Source of the DNA: Octopus sinensis
Taxonomy: Eukaryota
DNA: 64,000 nt
Assembly (NCBI RefSeq): GCF_006345805.1
Contig: NC_042998.1
Location: forward strand, 153,822,001-153,886,000
Reading direction: 5' to 3'
Part shown: positions 35,939-52,657 of the stretch, piece by piece
Layout of the letters: each line of letters opens with the position of its first letter
How positions within the stretch are numbered: the stretch's first letter is position 1
Notes under the pieces: generated by a model
What the model saw: the letters and a program-made list of their open reading frames with translations, nothing else
Database searches by the model: none
Told to the model about the DNA's origin: nothing
Program-made: the position numbers and the translations under genes

Positions 35939-37930
35939 CCCTTCCATTATCAACCTGCCTGCAGACACCTGGAAACCACCAAAAATGACCGTTTCATATT
36001 TAAGTGAGAATTTCAGCATAAATCTCATTAGTACATTTATCAAAATATATGATTAAATGATGAAAACAATTGAGTTACAATGTCTGAGATTATTTTACAA
36101 GATATCTGAGTGCTACAAATGTTTGGAAATTTTTTTCCTACTCCAATTTTCTGAAATGTTTCACTAAGGATGAAAGCAGGATAGCAGAAAGTCTGAATTC
36201 AAAGGATTTTCAAAAGAAGACAGAAAAATCTAGCAAAATATATGGCAAACATCAAAAAACCATGTGTGTAATTATGAATTGGATATCTCTATTTCCAAAA
36301 ATGTAACAATTTTGACAATAGTCCAATAGCGGTTAAAGAAATGAATTTGAATCTAGACATAGTAAGAATTTGGAAATTGTTTTCCTTAGTTATTTTTAGG
36401 AATATATTGGATGCAGCTGCAGTCTTTCCATAGAAATGCAACTTAGATTATTCTTCCTTACTGAGCTAGAAACAACAGCTAAGTCTTATCTCATGCACAT
36501 TTTGTTTTCAAATATTTTCTTTCTTTTTTTTTACCAAAAAGGCTTCTTCTATAGTTTTTAAGAGAGTAATGCAAAGAAAAAAAATGGCGAAAATCAGTCC
36601 AGTGGAAGGTGAAAAAAAATCACAAATTTCCCCAAAATTTTTTCATAAAAAGATTCCTCCCACCCACCATTTTGAAGACTGATAAAATAAATAAAGTCCT
36701 GGTCAAAATGGAGAAAATCCAACTTATATGGGTGTCCTGATCTGAAACTGCTGTTTACAGCTATTTTTAATAGTCCGTTAAAATTTCATTGAAATGGTAT
36801 CATGTTCCAAAATCTCAGGATTTATTTAGTTCTATACCTACTATAAATATGCCAAAATTCAAGATCCTGTGGCTTGTACCTTTGGATTTCAACTGTGTCT
36901 GAAAACACTGCAAAATTGGTTGTGATGTAAACAAAATAGGTTTTACATAAAAATTTTTAAAATTGCCAAAATAAAAAGTTTCGTTTTCAAGAACCTGAAA
37001 AAAATAGGCAACTGCTGTACCACAGACACTATTAATTTGCGATATTTGAAGATGATTATCACCTCAGTTTCAAAGATATGATATCACAGATATGGCTAAT
37101 TATTCATTTAGTCCTATTATGCAAAATTTCAACCAAGTCACTGGTCATTCAAAATACCATATTACCTAAAATATTCATCCAAATTTTACAAACGAAGTAT
37201 CAAAATCTTTTCTTTTTTTTTTTTATAGTGTCCAAGAAAAAGTGATGTAGAAATTACATATACATATTTTCAAACCCTTATAATGATACCAAATATTAGC
37301 TAAAAACGCGTTTTCTGTGCTAATGTAATAACTCATTTTCTATGTTGAAGTTTAAGTAAAGTTTTAATAAGTATTTTGTTGAATTTACCTGCAATTAGAT
37401 TTACTTTCAGACAAAATCATGCAATAGATTTGACTATGAGCTATTCGTTAAATTGTGATCCAAAAATCACATTAATATGTTGATATATAAAGAAAAGCTT
37501 GGGTTGTTTTATGAAAGTTAAAAACTATAGTCATGAAAGCGTTAAATGTATGTAAAACTGATTCTTTTTAGAATCTAAAAAAGCCATTTCAAAAAGCTCC
37601 AGTACCTCAGTTTTCTAACTATTCCTGATACTTTCAGGAGAAACTGATTAAATAATAATTTTAATCTTTCTAATAGAGTATTAAATTGAAATAGCTTTTT
37701 ATTTTTTACATAAAAATCTGTACAAGATATGAAAATGTAAAATAAAAATTTATTCTGTAAAAGACTAAATGCCTATGAATTAGTTGCAGTATTTACATTA
37801 TAATTCGTAAAAATAAAAATTTTTTAATTTATTGAGTTAATATAACATATTAAGAATCAAAAGTCAAGACCATCAAATATCATTAAGAGGTGTAATTAGA
37901 AGGGAAGATGAAAATATAGTAGCCAGGGTA
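35939..37930 (+). mobile_element. Old non-autonomous piggyBac-like element
   Basis: TTAA-cccttccattatc start; subterminal blocks like those of 28684-30159; degenerate end aaatatagtagccagggtaa. Confidence 0.55.
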
Positions 37931-37989
37931 AGAACATTGGGAAAAGTTCAGGGAGTACTGCAGCTGGCAACAAATGTCTTTTTCCACAG

Positions 37990-38965
37990 ATTGTACAATG
38001 AATGTGTTAGAACTGTAATGTTACATGGTCATTGGAAATGGACTTTGAATGCAGAGGATTTGAGAAAACTGGAAATAAATGAAGCAAACATGCTCTGTAG
38101 AATGTAAAACCTAATAGTGCATGAATGACAAAGTACAAAAGTGTTGAAAGAAAAACTGGGCATAAGAGGAATTACATGCAATGTGTAAGACAGAAGATTG
38201 TGCTGATATGAACATGTGAATGTGATGCATATCACTGAGGGTAGCTGTATAAAGTGCCAATCACAAAGTGAATGGAGCTTGTGGAAGAGGGAAAGGCCCA
38301 GGAAGACATGTGATGAAGAGATGAAGGCAGATCTTAGGATCTTGAACCTCATACAGGTGACAAAGGACTGGGATGACAGTCACTGAGGCAATGATGAAAG
38401 ACTGAAACCTTTGGAGATATGCTTTGACTGCGAAGACCCAACAAATAAAGCAAGTTCATTGTTGTATCCTACACCAGTTTTGCATAACCAGCCCCAGCCC
38501 ATTCAAAAGAATCTTCGACCGTAAGATGACCTGCTGTGCTTACCTTGGATCGTGGGATGACCTGGTGTGCTTGAGGAGACCAACTGAGTCAAGTACATCA
38601 ACATCATAATAAAATTCAAATGGAAATTGTAGTTGCGATACCCGTGCTAGTGGCACGTAAAAAGCACCGTCCGAATGTGGCTAATGCCAGCGCCGCCTTG
38701 ACTGGCTTCCATGCTGGTGGCACGTAAAAAGCACCAACCCATCATGGCCGTTGCCAGACTCCTCTGGCACCAGTGCCAGTGACATGTAAAGAGCACCCAC
38801 AACACTCAGAGTGGTTGGCATTAGGAAGGGCATCCAGCTGTAGAAGCACGGCCAGATCAGACTGGAGCCTGGTGCAACCTCCTGGCTTCCCAGACCCTGG
38901 TTGAACCGTCTTACCCATGCTAGCATGGAAAGCGGACGAGAAACGATGATGATGATGATGATGAT
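37990..38965 (+). mobile_element. RTE 3' fragment (decayed ORF end plus 3' UTR)
   Basis: RPRKTCDE..DLRIL-like ORF end; 3' UTR repeats; tail ccatgctagcatggaaagcgg..(gat)n. Confidence 0.8.
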
Positions 38966-39132
38966 GATATACATACATGCACACATATATATATACACAC
39001 ACACATACATATTCATATATGTATACATATATACATACATACACATACATACATCATCACCCCCTCCCTCATTACCCCACCATCCCTATACATCCCATCC
39101 CAACCTTGCTTCCCGCACACCACACACCAACA

Positions 39133-39232
39133 NNNNNNNNNNNNNNNNNNNNNNNNNNNNNNNNNNNNNNNNNNNNNNNNNNNNNNNNNNNNNNNNNNNN
39201 NNNNNNNNNNNNNNNNNNNNNNNNNNNNNNNN
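39133..39232. other. Assembly gap (100 N)
   Basis: Run of N; the true size is unknown. Confidence 1.
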
Positions 39233-39328
39233 AAAAATGCTAGGTAAATTGTAATTGAAGAAATCCTATATTGTAGATTTCTATAAGTGACAAAGGGAGG
39301 CAGATAAAATCTGCCTTTTATAATAAGA
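39233..39328 (-). mobile_element. 5' end of a second copy of the non-autonomous Helitron, cut by the gap
   Basis: Near-identical reverse complement of about 32658-32753. Confidence 0.9.
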
Positions 39329-42189
39329 GATATGTATGTGTGTGTGTGTGTATATATGTCTGTGTTTGTCACCCTAATATCGTTTGACAACCGATGCTGG
39401 TGTGTTTATGTCCCCGTAACTTAGCGGTTCGGCAAAAGGGACTGATAGAATAAATACTAGGCTTACAAAAAATAAGTCCTGGGGTCGATTTTCTCGACTA
39501 AAGGCGGTGCTCCAGCATGGCCGCAATCAAAGGATTGAAACAAATAAAAGAGTAAAAGAGAGTAAAGAGTATATATATGTAAATGCAGATATATATGTAT
39601 ATACACACACACACACACACACAGGAGAGAGAGAGGGGGGAGAAAGAGCGGAGTGAGAGAGAAGCATGCGCATTTTATACATTTATACACACAACTACAA
39701 ATGAGTTTTCCAACAGCAATATTCAATCGACATATACAACCTCCTCAAGTACATAGAAGTAATTTTTTTAAGCTACATACTTTTAGTTTCTTATGCTTGA
39801 ATACCACAAATTCTCCATTTGCTCTCATCACAAAAAAGTAACCAATCCCATTCAACAATGTGAGATCACATTCAGATTATTTATTTCCCACATCGTCAGA
39901 TTATACAACTTCGAGAAATTCTATATCTAGCCCATATCCTTAACTGCATCTTATTTCCTTTTCCAAGCCATTAAATATTCTAGCTCTGAACAGTTACTGA
40001 CCTAGATTAACTCAAGCATAGAGTTTTGTTTCAAAATTATAGCACACCTATCAACGATAGTACCCTTTATATTTATTGGTTCACATCTAGGAAAATATTC
40101 ACCTGTCAAAGACCATCGTTAGCAGTAATCTTCCATTTGTTACCGATGAACTTACAAGCTCTCTTTTCAACATGCATTCTCTTGATTCCATCGCACATGT
40201 CTCTAGTCTGGAAATAATACCGTTCGCTCATTCTCTTCCAACTCACATCACATCTACAACTGTAATTGTACCTCAAACTATGCTTTCTTTCCAGCTCAAA
40301 TGAATTCAAGACTACTCTCGGAAACCTTAATAAATGTATTTCAGGTAACATTCTATCTCAACGGTATAAATCCAACATAGTTGACCAAGTGATCCTATCC
40401 AATCTAAATACAGCATGCCGCCTTATCACAACTGTTATATCAGCTGATTTACAAAGAAGCCCTTGCAGTGCTGAACATAGAAAGCAGAATGATAATTTTT
40501 CCAACAGATTATCAAAATGTTATAGAACTGAATTTGTTGGACAATATAACCATTTCTACTATTTCTTGACTTATAAAAAACATGTTTTCATAGACAAATT
40601 CCTAATCAATAAAATTCCTTTTGAGTAAAAATGTGAGATGAAATTAAGATTTCATTATAAATTATTTCCCAAAATTCGAAGAAACTGCAAATTATAAAGA
40701 CACACACAAATGATAAATACCACGTTTTCATAACTCTTTCGATTAAAGTTTACCATTAATGTTCAAATCGACATAAAGTTGACAATCGAAATAACACATT
40801 ATCCTCACCAGTTAGTGGAATAACACCCGATTATCCGTGTGGCAACGCTTAATCAGAAAACAGATTGAGCCGAGGTATTCACTCACTCATTCCTTCATGT
40901 AACTGGTAAGAAAGTATTTTAGTTTACTATTGAGTTAATAAGACACTGAAAACAAAGATGAGGTAAATATGCAAAGGAAGTGAATCGGCCGTCAACATTC
41001 GCTACTGTTGGTATTCGCAATAAAACGCGTCCTGTTATTGTATAAGCTGTGAAAGAATATTTAATCGCTATATCAGAAAGATCGGGCTTCAATAAATATT
41101 AAAGACAATAACGAATGTTGGACAACAGGCGATGAATAAAAATCTACATTAACAATTCTAAATGAATGACTAGCAGCTCAAAACAGGAAATAATAATTAC
41201 TAGTTCTTAAAGGTGAAGTTCAAGAAAGTAAAAAAAAAACAGCTCTTCGCTACCATCAATATGGCTACTGCTAAGCACTGACATAGGATAATCATTTACG
41301 GAGAGTCTACTGTTGTAATTTCATATATGTATGTAGAACATTGACAGGATTTTAAAAGTCATCAATATTTTTAAAAATCATTACGCCAAACTATTTCAAA
41401 ATATTTTCTGCTTCGTTTGGTAAGCATCATTTCCTAAATTACACTTCGCTAACATTGTAACCGATTCGACATTAATATTGAGCACGTTGGGTTTCACTGA
41501 AAAACATCAACCTGGAAATGACAAAACATTTGTAAAGATAGAAGATGAAAGAAGTAAAAGACTGATTAATAAATGAGGAGTCGAACAGGAAAGAAAAACT
41601 AAACCTGTTGCGACGAATCAGTGGTCGTATCAATAATTACAGTAGTTGTCTAGTAGAAGGATCAGTATGGTTGTGTAGTAAGAAACAATGGACGTTTAAG
41701 TGAATATGTACGCGTTACATATTTTCAGTAATTACGAAAAGGAATTCCTCAATATTTCAACAGTTACAATTTTTACACGCCGAAGAAATTTAATATATTA
41801 AGTACTATATATTTGAATCGAGAAAACTAGGTAGTCGCCAAGTTTTCGAGAAAACAAGATAGAGGAAGTAGCAGTTGTCTACAGCGTTGGATCTCCCGTT
41901 CCTTCCATCCCTGCCATAAGTGTGCAACATACTCAAATACTGTGTCAGTCTGATAACAGGGTTAGGTACGGCAGAAATGTAATACTGTTGACGCGCAAGA
42001 AATAAAATCGGTTGGGAATGTCAAGAACAAAGAAGAGGGTATTACTTTCTGACACACAAGAATTTTAAAAAATAAACCTTTCCGACACTTTAGAAATTGT
42101 CAACTGCCCGCCAAATGACGGAGAACACAAATTACATACATGCAACAATGGACGGTTAAACAAACGGGATTAATATCGATCACAAAACT

Positions 42190-45660
<3,471 letters not shown>

Positions 45661-45666
45661 TAAATA

Positions 45667-45950
45667 TATCTATACAATATCTTACATTACTCGGTAGTCA
45701 AGATAAAACTCTGAGTTTCAGATGCCGAAGTGGAATCCACACACCATCTCTTCGGTTATCTGACTATTTTCTAGCCAGATAACCGAAGAGATGGTGTTGT
45801 GGATTTCCACTTCGGCATCTGAAACTCAGAGTTTTATCTTGACTACCGAGTAATGTAACATATTGTATAGATAAATTTCCTCTATTTACATAATATTGAG
45901 GTCTCTTTCTTTCTTTTGTTATCTTACCGTTTTATCAATATTAAATATAT
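45667..45950 (+). mobile_element. PLE-type pseudo-LTR mini-element with 5' inverted duplication
   Basis: Arms 45667-45762 and 45776-45873, 13-nt loop; the right arm continues about 80 nt; embedded in (TA)n; contains a hammerhead-like motif. Confidence 0.7.
45777..45839 (+). ncRNA. Hammerhead-like motif with variant core (antisense copy at 45701-45761)
   Basis: agataa-CCGAAGA-(gatg...catct, extended stem II)-GAAA-ctcagag-TT-ttatct; 6-bp stem I; palindromic stem III ACTCAGAGT; U4 replaced by C. Confidence 0.6.
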
Positions 45951-45963
45951 ATATATATATATA

Positions 45964-45994
<31 letters not shown>

Positions 45995-46072
45995 AATATA
46001 TCTATCTATATATATATATATCTATATATATAAATATATCTACATATATATATAAAAGTATATATACATAAA

Positions 46073-46574
46073 CTAGCAGTATCGCCTGGCGTTGCTCGGG
46101 TTTGTAAGGGAAATAACTATATAAGCATTTTTAGAGAGTTACTTCCCTTATAGATGCCAATTCGGGCTTTCTTAGCCATTTCTGTTTTGGTGTCTTCAAG
46201 CCATGAAGTGGTTGTTCTAAAAGAACACTGGTCTCCTTCACAACGCTTTGCGACGTTGATTTCCTTACACTCCCTTCCCCACAGCTTCACGAGGGAGGGA
46301 AGAAGGGGGAGAAGCAAACAGGTGCAGGTGTGACCATGGACGCCAACTCCGCCGCCATCGACACACGAAAAATTATGCATTAAAATGGAATAAAAAATGA
46401 TGTTAAATTATTTTTTAAATCGTAGACGCGCGCTAATACTCAGACGGGCTCGATATGAATCACGACTATAAGATACCCGAATTTGGTTAAACTGCACCGC
46501 AAAATGTGGGAGTAGTTAGGAATCTAAATCGAAGGGGACAGACACTCACACAACTACAGTTTTATATATAAAGA
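46073..46574 (-). mobile_element. Short complete non-autonomous Helitron (about 500 bp)
   Basis: Minus-strand 5' TCtttatatataaaactg; 3' cccgagcaacgccaggcgatactgCTAG, nearly the same 3' end as the 32658-34363 element but a different 5' end and body. Confidence 0.88.
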
Positions 46575-46589
46575 TATATAGTATGTTTA

Positions 46590-47289
46590 AATATTTGTTG
46601 TGCAAGATTTTTTATGTGAAGTCGTGTGTTGAAACAGATATTGTTATATTTCGGAATGGTCATTTTGCCAGTTTAGCCAATAAAAACACACGCACTATAT
46701 ATTTGGTGTTATTTTGCTTCAGTGTTATTTAGAAAAACTTAAGCTAAGAATTAAGGTTGTTGAAAAGCCAGGCAACCCTATCAAATCTATAATTGGTAGA
46801 ACCTATCCTTTTAGTAGAACCCCCTGTACGGATAAGTACTGTACTGTATGTAGATTTAGCCCACAAACAAACTGTAAAGCCAGAAATGTAGTCTATAGTA
46901 TAAGATGTATAGAGGGACGATGCAGTAACAAGACAACGACATACGTAGGGGAAATGGCAAGAAGCATTGGAGACAACTCAAGGAAGGTAAAAGCTCATCG
47001 ATTCTGTACCAACATGCCGAACAAGAACACGGGGGATCAATCAATAACATAGAAATTAAAATATTATCCACACATAGATCAGATGCAACAATTAGACAAA
47101 TTACAGAAGCTACACACATAATAGAAAATAAACCTAGCCTGAATAGAAAACTAGAATGGAGCACTAACACACACCACAACATATGACGATAGAGGATCCT
47201 GAAAACATAATAAATACACAGATAAATAAACTAATAGAAATAAATAACTATATATATATGTGTATATGTATATGTATGTATATATATTC

Positions 47290-47351
<62 letters not shown>

Positions 47352-47427
47352 ATGTATGAATATATGTATATATATATTATATATATAGATATATATATAT
47401 ATATGTATGAATATATGTATATATATA

Positions 47428-47469
<42 letters not shown>

Positions 47470-47970
47470 TATATGTATTTTTTTTCGATTCAATTTATTA
47501 TTATTATTACTAGTATTGTTGTTATACATACATACAAGCATATGTAATGATAATAATAAGTGGATGTAAACACAGGAAGAAAATAAGAATAAACAAAAAC
47601 AAAACAAAAAACAAAAAAAAATACAAATTACATGAACATATATAAACAGAAGATACAAATATTACAGGCATCCCCCCACTTACACACACTAAATAAACAT
47701 AAACGCACATAGAGATATAAGCATGCGCAAATGAAGACATACAATAGTAATACAAAATGGCTGACGGTTAGTAAGGAGAGACACAAATAAGAAAGAAGAA
47801 AACAAAGGACCACTGATGCGGTCACAGGAGTGTGACGAAAGAACTCTGGCCGAAATAAGATTACGATTAATGTAAAAAATAAATAACACTGAAGCAAAAT
47901 AACACCAAATATATAGTGCGTGTGTTTTTATTGGCAACACTGGCAAAATGACCATTCCGAAATATAACAA
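46590..47970 (+). mobile_element. 5'-truncated Penelope-like element with inverted pLTR at its 5' end
   Basis: ORF 46714-47052 GIY-YIG (CKARNVVYSIRC..YVGEMAR), C-terminal EATHIIENKPSLN; about 46640-46730 is the reverse complement of about 47880-47970. Confidence 0.82.
47807..47851 (+). ncRNA. Hammerhead-like motif in the PLE 3' pLTR
   Basis: ggacca-CTGATGCG-gtcac aggagt gtgac-GAAA-gaac-TC-tggcc; 5-bp stem II, minimal stem III, CUC triplet; core deviates at position 9. Confidence 0.55.
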
Positions 47971-48073
47971 TATATATATATATATATATGTATATATAAA
48001 TCCTTAAATCCTTAAAAATGCTTTTGCCCGAAGGCCGCAGCCATGCTGGGGCACCACCGCTGAATGAGCTACA

Positions 48074-51068
48074 CTAATTTGTGAATCCACCTCTGATACG
48101 TGGCACTTGATCAACAAGGGAGTTCGATGCTGCTGCCCGCATCCGAGTCTCCTGTCGTGAGGTAGGTTCATCTGAGACAACCAACAAGAAGAGATCCAGT
48201 TTAGTTTTAAAGAAACCCACATCCACACCATGTAAGTCTCTCAGGCATTTAGGGAGGATGTTAAAGAGCTGTGGTCCTCTGAAACCCAAGCTGTTGCAGT
48301 ATCTGGACCTGTATTTTGATGGTGATGTTGGAATCCTTGGCACCATGCAGTGGCGCCCCGTTCTGCGGTTGGGGTAACTTTGAATGCCAAAGTTTGGGAC
48401 AAGACCCTCCAGGATTTTCCAGATGAATATCACCGCATATCTCTCCCGCCTCCGCTCTAGGAAGGAGAGGTTTAATACCTTCAGTCTTTCCCAGTAGCTG
48501 ATATTTTGCATTGAGACGATTTTCTTTGTGTAGCTTCTCTAAATTGCTTCAAGTTCTGCTGTTAGTTTTATATTGTGTGGTGACCACAGTTGGGAGCAGT
48601 AGTCCAAGCGGCTGAGGACGAATGTTTTCCATAGGACCATCAGTGTCTCCTTCTCTCTTGTTCTGAAAGTTCGGAGAATCCATCCACCTAGCCGTCTGCA
48701 TTTTATCACCAGATTAGTAATATACACTTGGAAAGAGGCATCATTGCTCATGTCAATGCCCAGCTCACGCACTGATTTTGACTCAGGGATTGCAATTTTT
48801 CCCGGGCCAATGTATCCAGTCTGCATGTCGTTTACCTTTGTGTGCCGGTAGCGCAGAGCCTGGAACTTACCAGCATTAAACTGCATGTTGTTGTCCTCAG
48901 CCCACCTGTATATTGTATCCAACTCCTGTTGCAGATGTGCAATATTTCCAGGGTTTTGTATTGTGTGGGAGACTTTTGTGTCATCTGCATAGCTAGCAAG
49001 GGTGGCCATCTTAGCAACTGAGGGCATGTCTGAAAGGGCCACTATGAACTACAGTGGCCCCAAGACAGTGTCTTGTGGAACACCGCTTGTTATTTGTGTT
49101 TCCTTGGAAGTGGCTCCATTAGTCACAACTACCTGCCTTCTATCTTTTAGGAAGTTGTGCAGCCACTCTCCAAGTTTTCCGCCTATGCCGAGACCACGCA
49201 GTTTGTGACAAATCATACCATGGTCGACTTTATCAAAGGCCTTTGCAAAGTCGAGATATATCACATCCACATTTGAGCCTGTTTTAATACCCAGTCATAG
49301 TGTTGCAGAAGCTGTGTTAGACAGCTTCTACCTGGTCGAAATCCATGCTGGGTGTCAGTCAGCAAGTCATTTTTGTTCAAGGAACATGATTAGTTTCTTG
49401 CGGAATATTCGTTCCATGACTTTGCTGATGTGTGAGATCAGAGAGATAGGCCTATAATTTTTAGCATCTGCTCTGCTTCCTCCCTTATGGATAGGGCATA
49501 TTACCCCCTCTTTCAATTTGACTGGGAGATTACCACTTGCAAGAAATCTCTGAAAAAGAAGCTGTAGCGGTTTTGCAAGTGCTCGTTTGCATCATTTGAG
49601 AAGGATCGCTGGAAATCCATCATATCCAGCAGCTGAGTTTGTGTCAATCTCATCTATGGCCAGTGTGATATCATCTTCAATGTTGATGTACTCAATTTTT
49701 GCCTCTTTGGCCACAAGTAAAGTGGCAAAGAATTCTTTTGAGTTGTTTACTTGCCTGTGTCCTAGAGGTGTAGTGAACACACTTTGGAACTGTTTGTTCA
49801 GTATTTCACTTATCCTCGTGAGATTTCCTGTGAGAGAGCCATCTTTTTGGAAGAGGGGTCCTATTCTCTGGTGCACTGTGGCTGTCTCTTTGGCAAACTT
49901 AAAGAAAGCTTTAGGGTTTGATTTTATATTTTTTATTACACAAGCTTCTTTATCTGCTCTCTCCTTTTCATGAGACTGATGCAGACTTTTCTCAATTTCC
50001 ATTAGCATTCTCTCGAGTCGAGACTTCTCACCACTTTTGGTGTGCTTGCTCAGGCAGTTTGCAATTCTTGTCTGTCGTCTCATAAGAATCCTCCTTTCTC
50101 TAGGGATCCTGTTTTTGTTTTTGTGTGTGCTGGCCCTGCACACTGGGACATATTTGTCACATATGGCTTGTATTATGGACATGAAGCGTGTGTTTCATGT
50201 CAATGTCCGGTGTGGAGAGACATTTAGGCCAATCCTGCTTGAGGATCTCTTTCTCGATCAACTTCCAATTTGCTTTATGGAAGTTTAAGTTGGAGAGATT
50301 GTGGATGCTTCGTATAGGCTGTGTATCTGTGGGGGCTTTTGGTCCATACATAGACAGCTCTATTATGTTGTGATCCGAGATCATTATCAGCATAACTTTA
50401 ACATTATGGATAATATCCATATTGTTTGTGAAGCAGAGATCCAGTATATTATCTGCCCTTGTTGGTTGCAGCACTATTTGCTCCATGAAAGAGGCATTTG
50501 TGAGATGGAGCAGGGACTCTGCTAGTGCCTGCTGATGGTGTGTCATCCCTGGGAGCATCTGCCCTCCAGGCCATTCCACATTGGGGAAGTTAAAGTCACC
50601 CATGAAGAATACACTGTTGTGTTGTTCCAGATTGGTGAGAACTTCTATTTTTGTTAGACAGTCTTCAAACATGCCTGAGTGATTTGGGGCATCCGGTGGG
50701 CGATATGTAGTACATATGATGATATTCAGTTGTCTTATGTGTACAATTTGAATGTCACACACTGAGTTTGAATATGAAAACAGGATCAGGGGCGTGAGGT
50801 CATCTCGGATGTACATTGCAACTCCACCATGGCTCCTCCCTTTTCTATCTGAGCGTATGACTGCATATTGCAGTATGTGTATTTCTGCATCCCCTATATC
50901 GGGTCCAAGATGCGTTTCTATGAGTGCCATGCATATAGCTTGATTGCATGCCACAAGGTCTCTCAGGAATGAGATTTTCCTTTTACACTTGCCGCGCAGC
51001 AGCCCTCCTACGTTCAGTAGAAATATTTTTGTGGTGTGGTGTTGGTGTCTGTGGTGGCCATCCTGCAT
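48074..51068 (-). pseudogene. LINE ORF2 (APE endonuclease + reverse transcriptase), broken into several ORFs
   Basis: ORFs 50157-51068, 49592-50182, 49049-49270, 48539-49042 and 48074-48511 are collinear parts of one polyprotein. Confidence 0.9.
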
Positions 51069-51309
51069 CTGTTGGTGGTGGCCTTATGTGGTGGTAGTTC
51101 CAGCTTTGTGTTTGTAGCCAGGTCAGCTGTTGAACAATTTTTTGTGCCATGCACAAAAAAGATTGCTGTTCAGCTGCTGCCCTTCTCACATCTGGGTTAA
51201 GCTGGCCATTTGTTGGGCTACTGCGCACTACATCCGCATAACATCTTTCAGGAGTGGTCAGTGCACCATTTTTCCTTCTTTTATATTTTTCTTTATCATT
51301 TTGTTCTCC

Positions 51310-51900
51310 TCAAGGGAGGGATTTTTGTTTTGTGTCCATGCGGCCTTGGCAGGGCCTTTGATGTGCAAAACAACAGTTTGAACCTTCGACGCCATGCCAG
51401 CAGTCTCCCTTCAAGTAGAAGTTGCAGATGTTTCTGCTTTTGCCCTTGTAGTTCTTGCTGGGGTTCTTCTGTTTTTTCTGAACAGTGTTTGTTTTAGTTT
51501 TCTTGTCTTTTACCTCTTGTTTTCCGTCGATTTTAGGGTGCTTTCCTTTTTTTGCGGCCATTGCACCTCTTTGGTCTTCAGTTGTGTTGGGAGCTGGACA
51601 TGTGCCATTGTTTCCCTTGGTTGCAGTTTTCTCGCTTGTGTCCTGGATGTTTTCTCCATCCTTTTGGTCTTCCCTGGTGCAGTCACCTCCTAGGATGATG
51701 TCCAGAGTGTCCATGTGTTGCCTGATTAGAGCGTATGAACGGAGAAATTCTTGATTCTTTCGCTCTATCTGAGCGGTGGTCCTCATGAAATCATTGCTCT
51801 TAAGCGCCGCTGCAATGATATTGTTTGGCGAGTCGCCCTCGGCAATCTTCCAGGCGCTGACGAACAATTGCAACTCCCTCGCAGACCAGTTCCTTGACAT
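51310..51900 (-). pseudogene. LINE ORF1: Myb/SANT-like N-terminus, low-complexity linker, CCCH finger
   Basis: MSRNWSARELQLFVSAW..IIAAALKSNDFMRTTAQIERK; CNFYLKGDCWHGVEGSNCCFAH at 51361-51426. Confidence 0.7.
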
Positions 51901-52606
51901 CTTTGCCCGAGATACAGTACAGTGAGAGTGAAATAGAGGAACAGAGAGAGGAGGAAAGATAAGATGGTTGACCTGAGAGGGAGAGGAAAGAAGAGAAGAA
52001 AAAAGCTGGTGGCAGATCAGCCGGGGGGGGGGGGATAGAGAGAGAAACAAGGGGATTGGTCTGAGAGAAGAGAGAAAGAATGGCAGGTCAGCAGGGGGAG
52101 AGTGAGCGGGATAGAGATACAAGAGAGAATGAGTGAAGTAGAGGAACAGAGAGGAGGGTGAGATGTGAGAAAGTTGATCTAAGAGAGAGCGGGGGGGGGA
52201 TGCAGAAAGAGAAACGATGGCAGAGAGAGGGAGAGAGAGATGAGAGAGCGGAATAGAGGGTCTGAGGGAGGGAGAGACAGATAAGGAGGGGAGAATTGTA
52301 AGAAAGAGATAGAAAGAGTAAGGCAGGTTACACAGATAGTCAGGATTGAGAGAAGAAAACACTGTATCACGGATGAATTTATATACAGACACGTGTTTAA
52401 AAATAAAAATAGCGTAATCTATAATCGCAATTATATCTATGGATTATTAGGCGATCTTAGAACCGTTGGATCACTGATTATTAATAATAATAAATAATTT
52501 TTTTTCTCTTACCTTCTGGTTGAGAGAACACTAATAATAAATAATATTTTTTTCTTACCTTATTTATATAGATAGATAGATACATACGTATCTATCTATC
52601 TATCTA

Positions 52607-52657
<51 letters not shown>

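Larger units (their letters stand above)
48005..52400 (-). mobile_element. Apparently full-length CR1-group LINE (ORF1 + APE-RT ORF2), frameshifted
   Basis: CT-rich 5' UTR 51900-52390; ORF1 from ATG 51900; EN LLNVGGL..ETHL..GGVAMY..MGDFN..NILDL..SDH; RT DFAKAFDKVDH, GVPQDTVLGP, YADDTKV; 3' UTR with a short repeat tail abutting (TA)n. Confidence 0.93.

Noticed and set aside
40106-40351. 81-aa minus-strand ORF as a possible exon of the host gene
   Set aside because: No resemblance to F-BAR sequence and no convincing splice sites.
47175-47210. atgacga-tagaggatcct-gaaa as another hammerhead
   Set aside because: No stem I/III pairing or NUH site found.
51901-52392. N-terminal 160 aa of the 360-aa ORF 51310-52392, and ORF 62059-62499
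   Set aside because: Stop-free CT-rich 5' UTR; similarity between the two LINE copies starts at the downstream ATG.
52495-52565. Strong minus-strand GTAAGA donors as the missing upstream exon
   Set aside because: Adjacent sequence does not encode the expected YAxKLR peptide and is low complexity.
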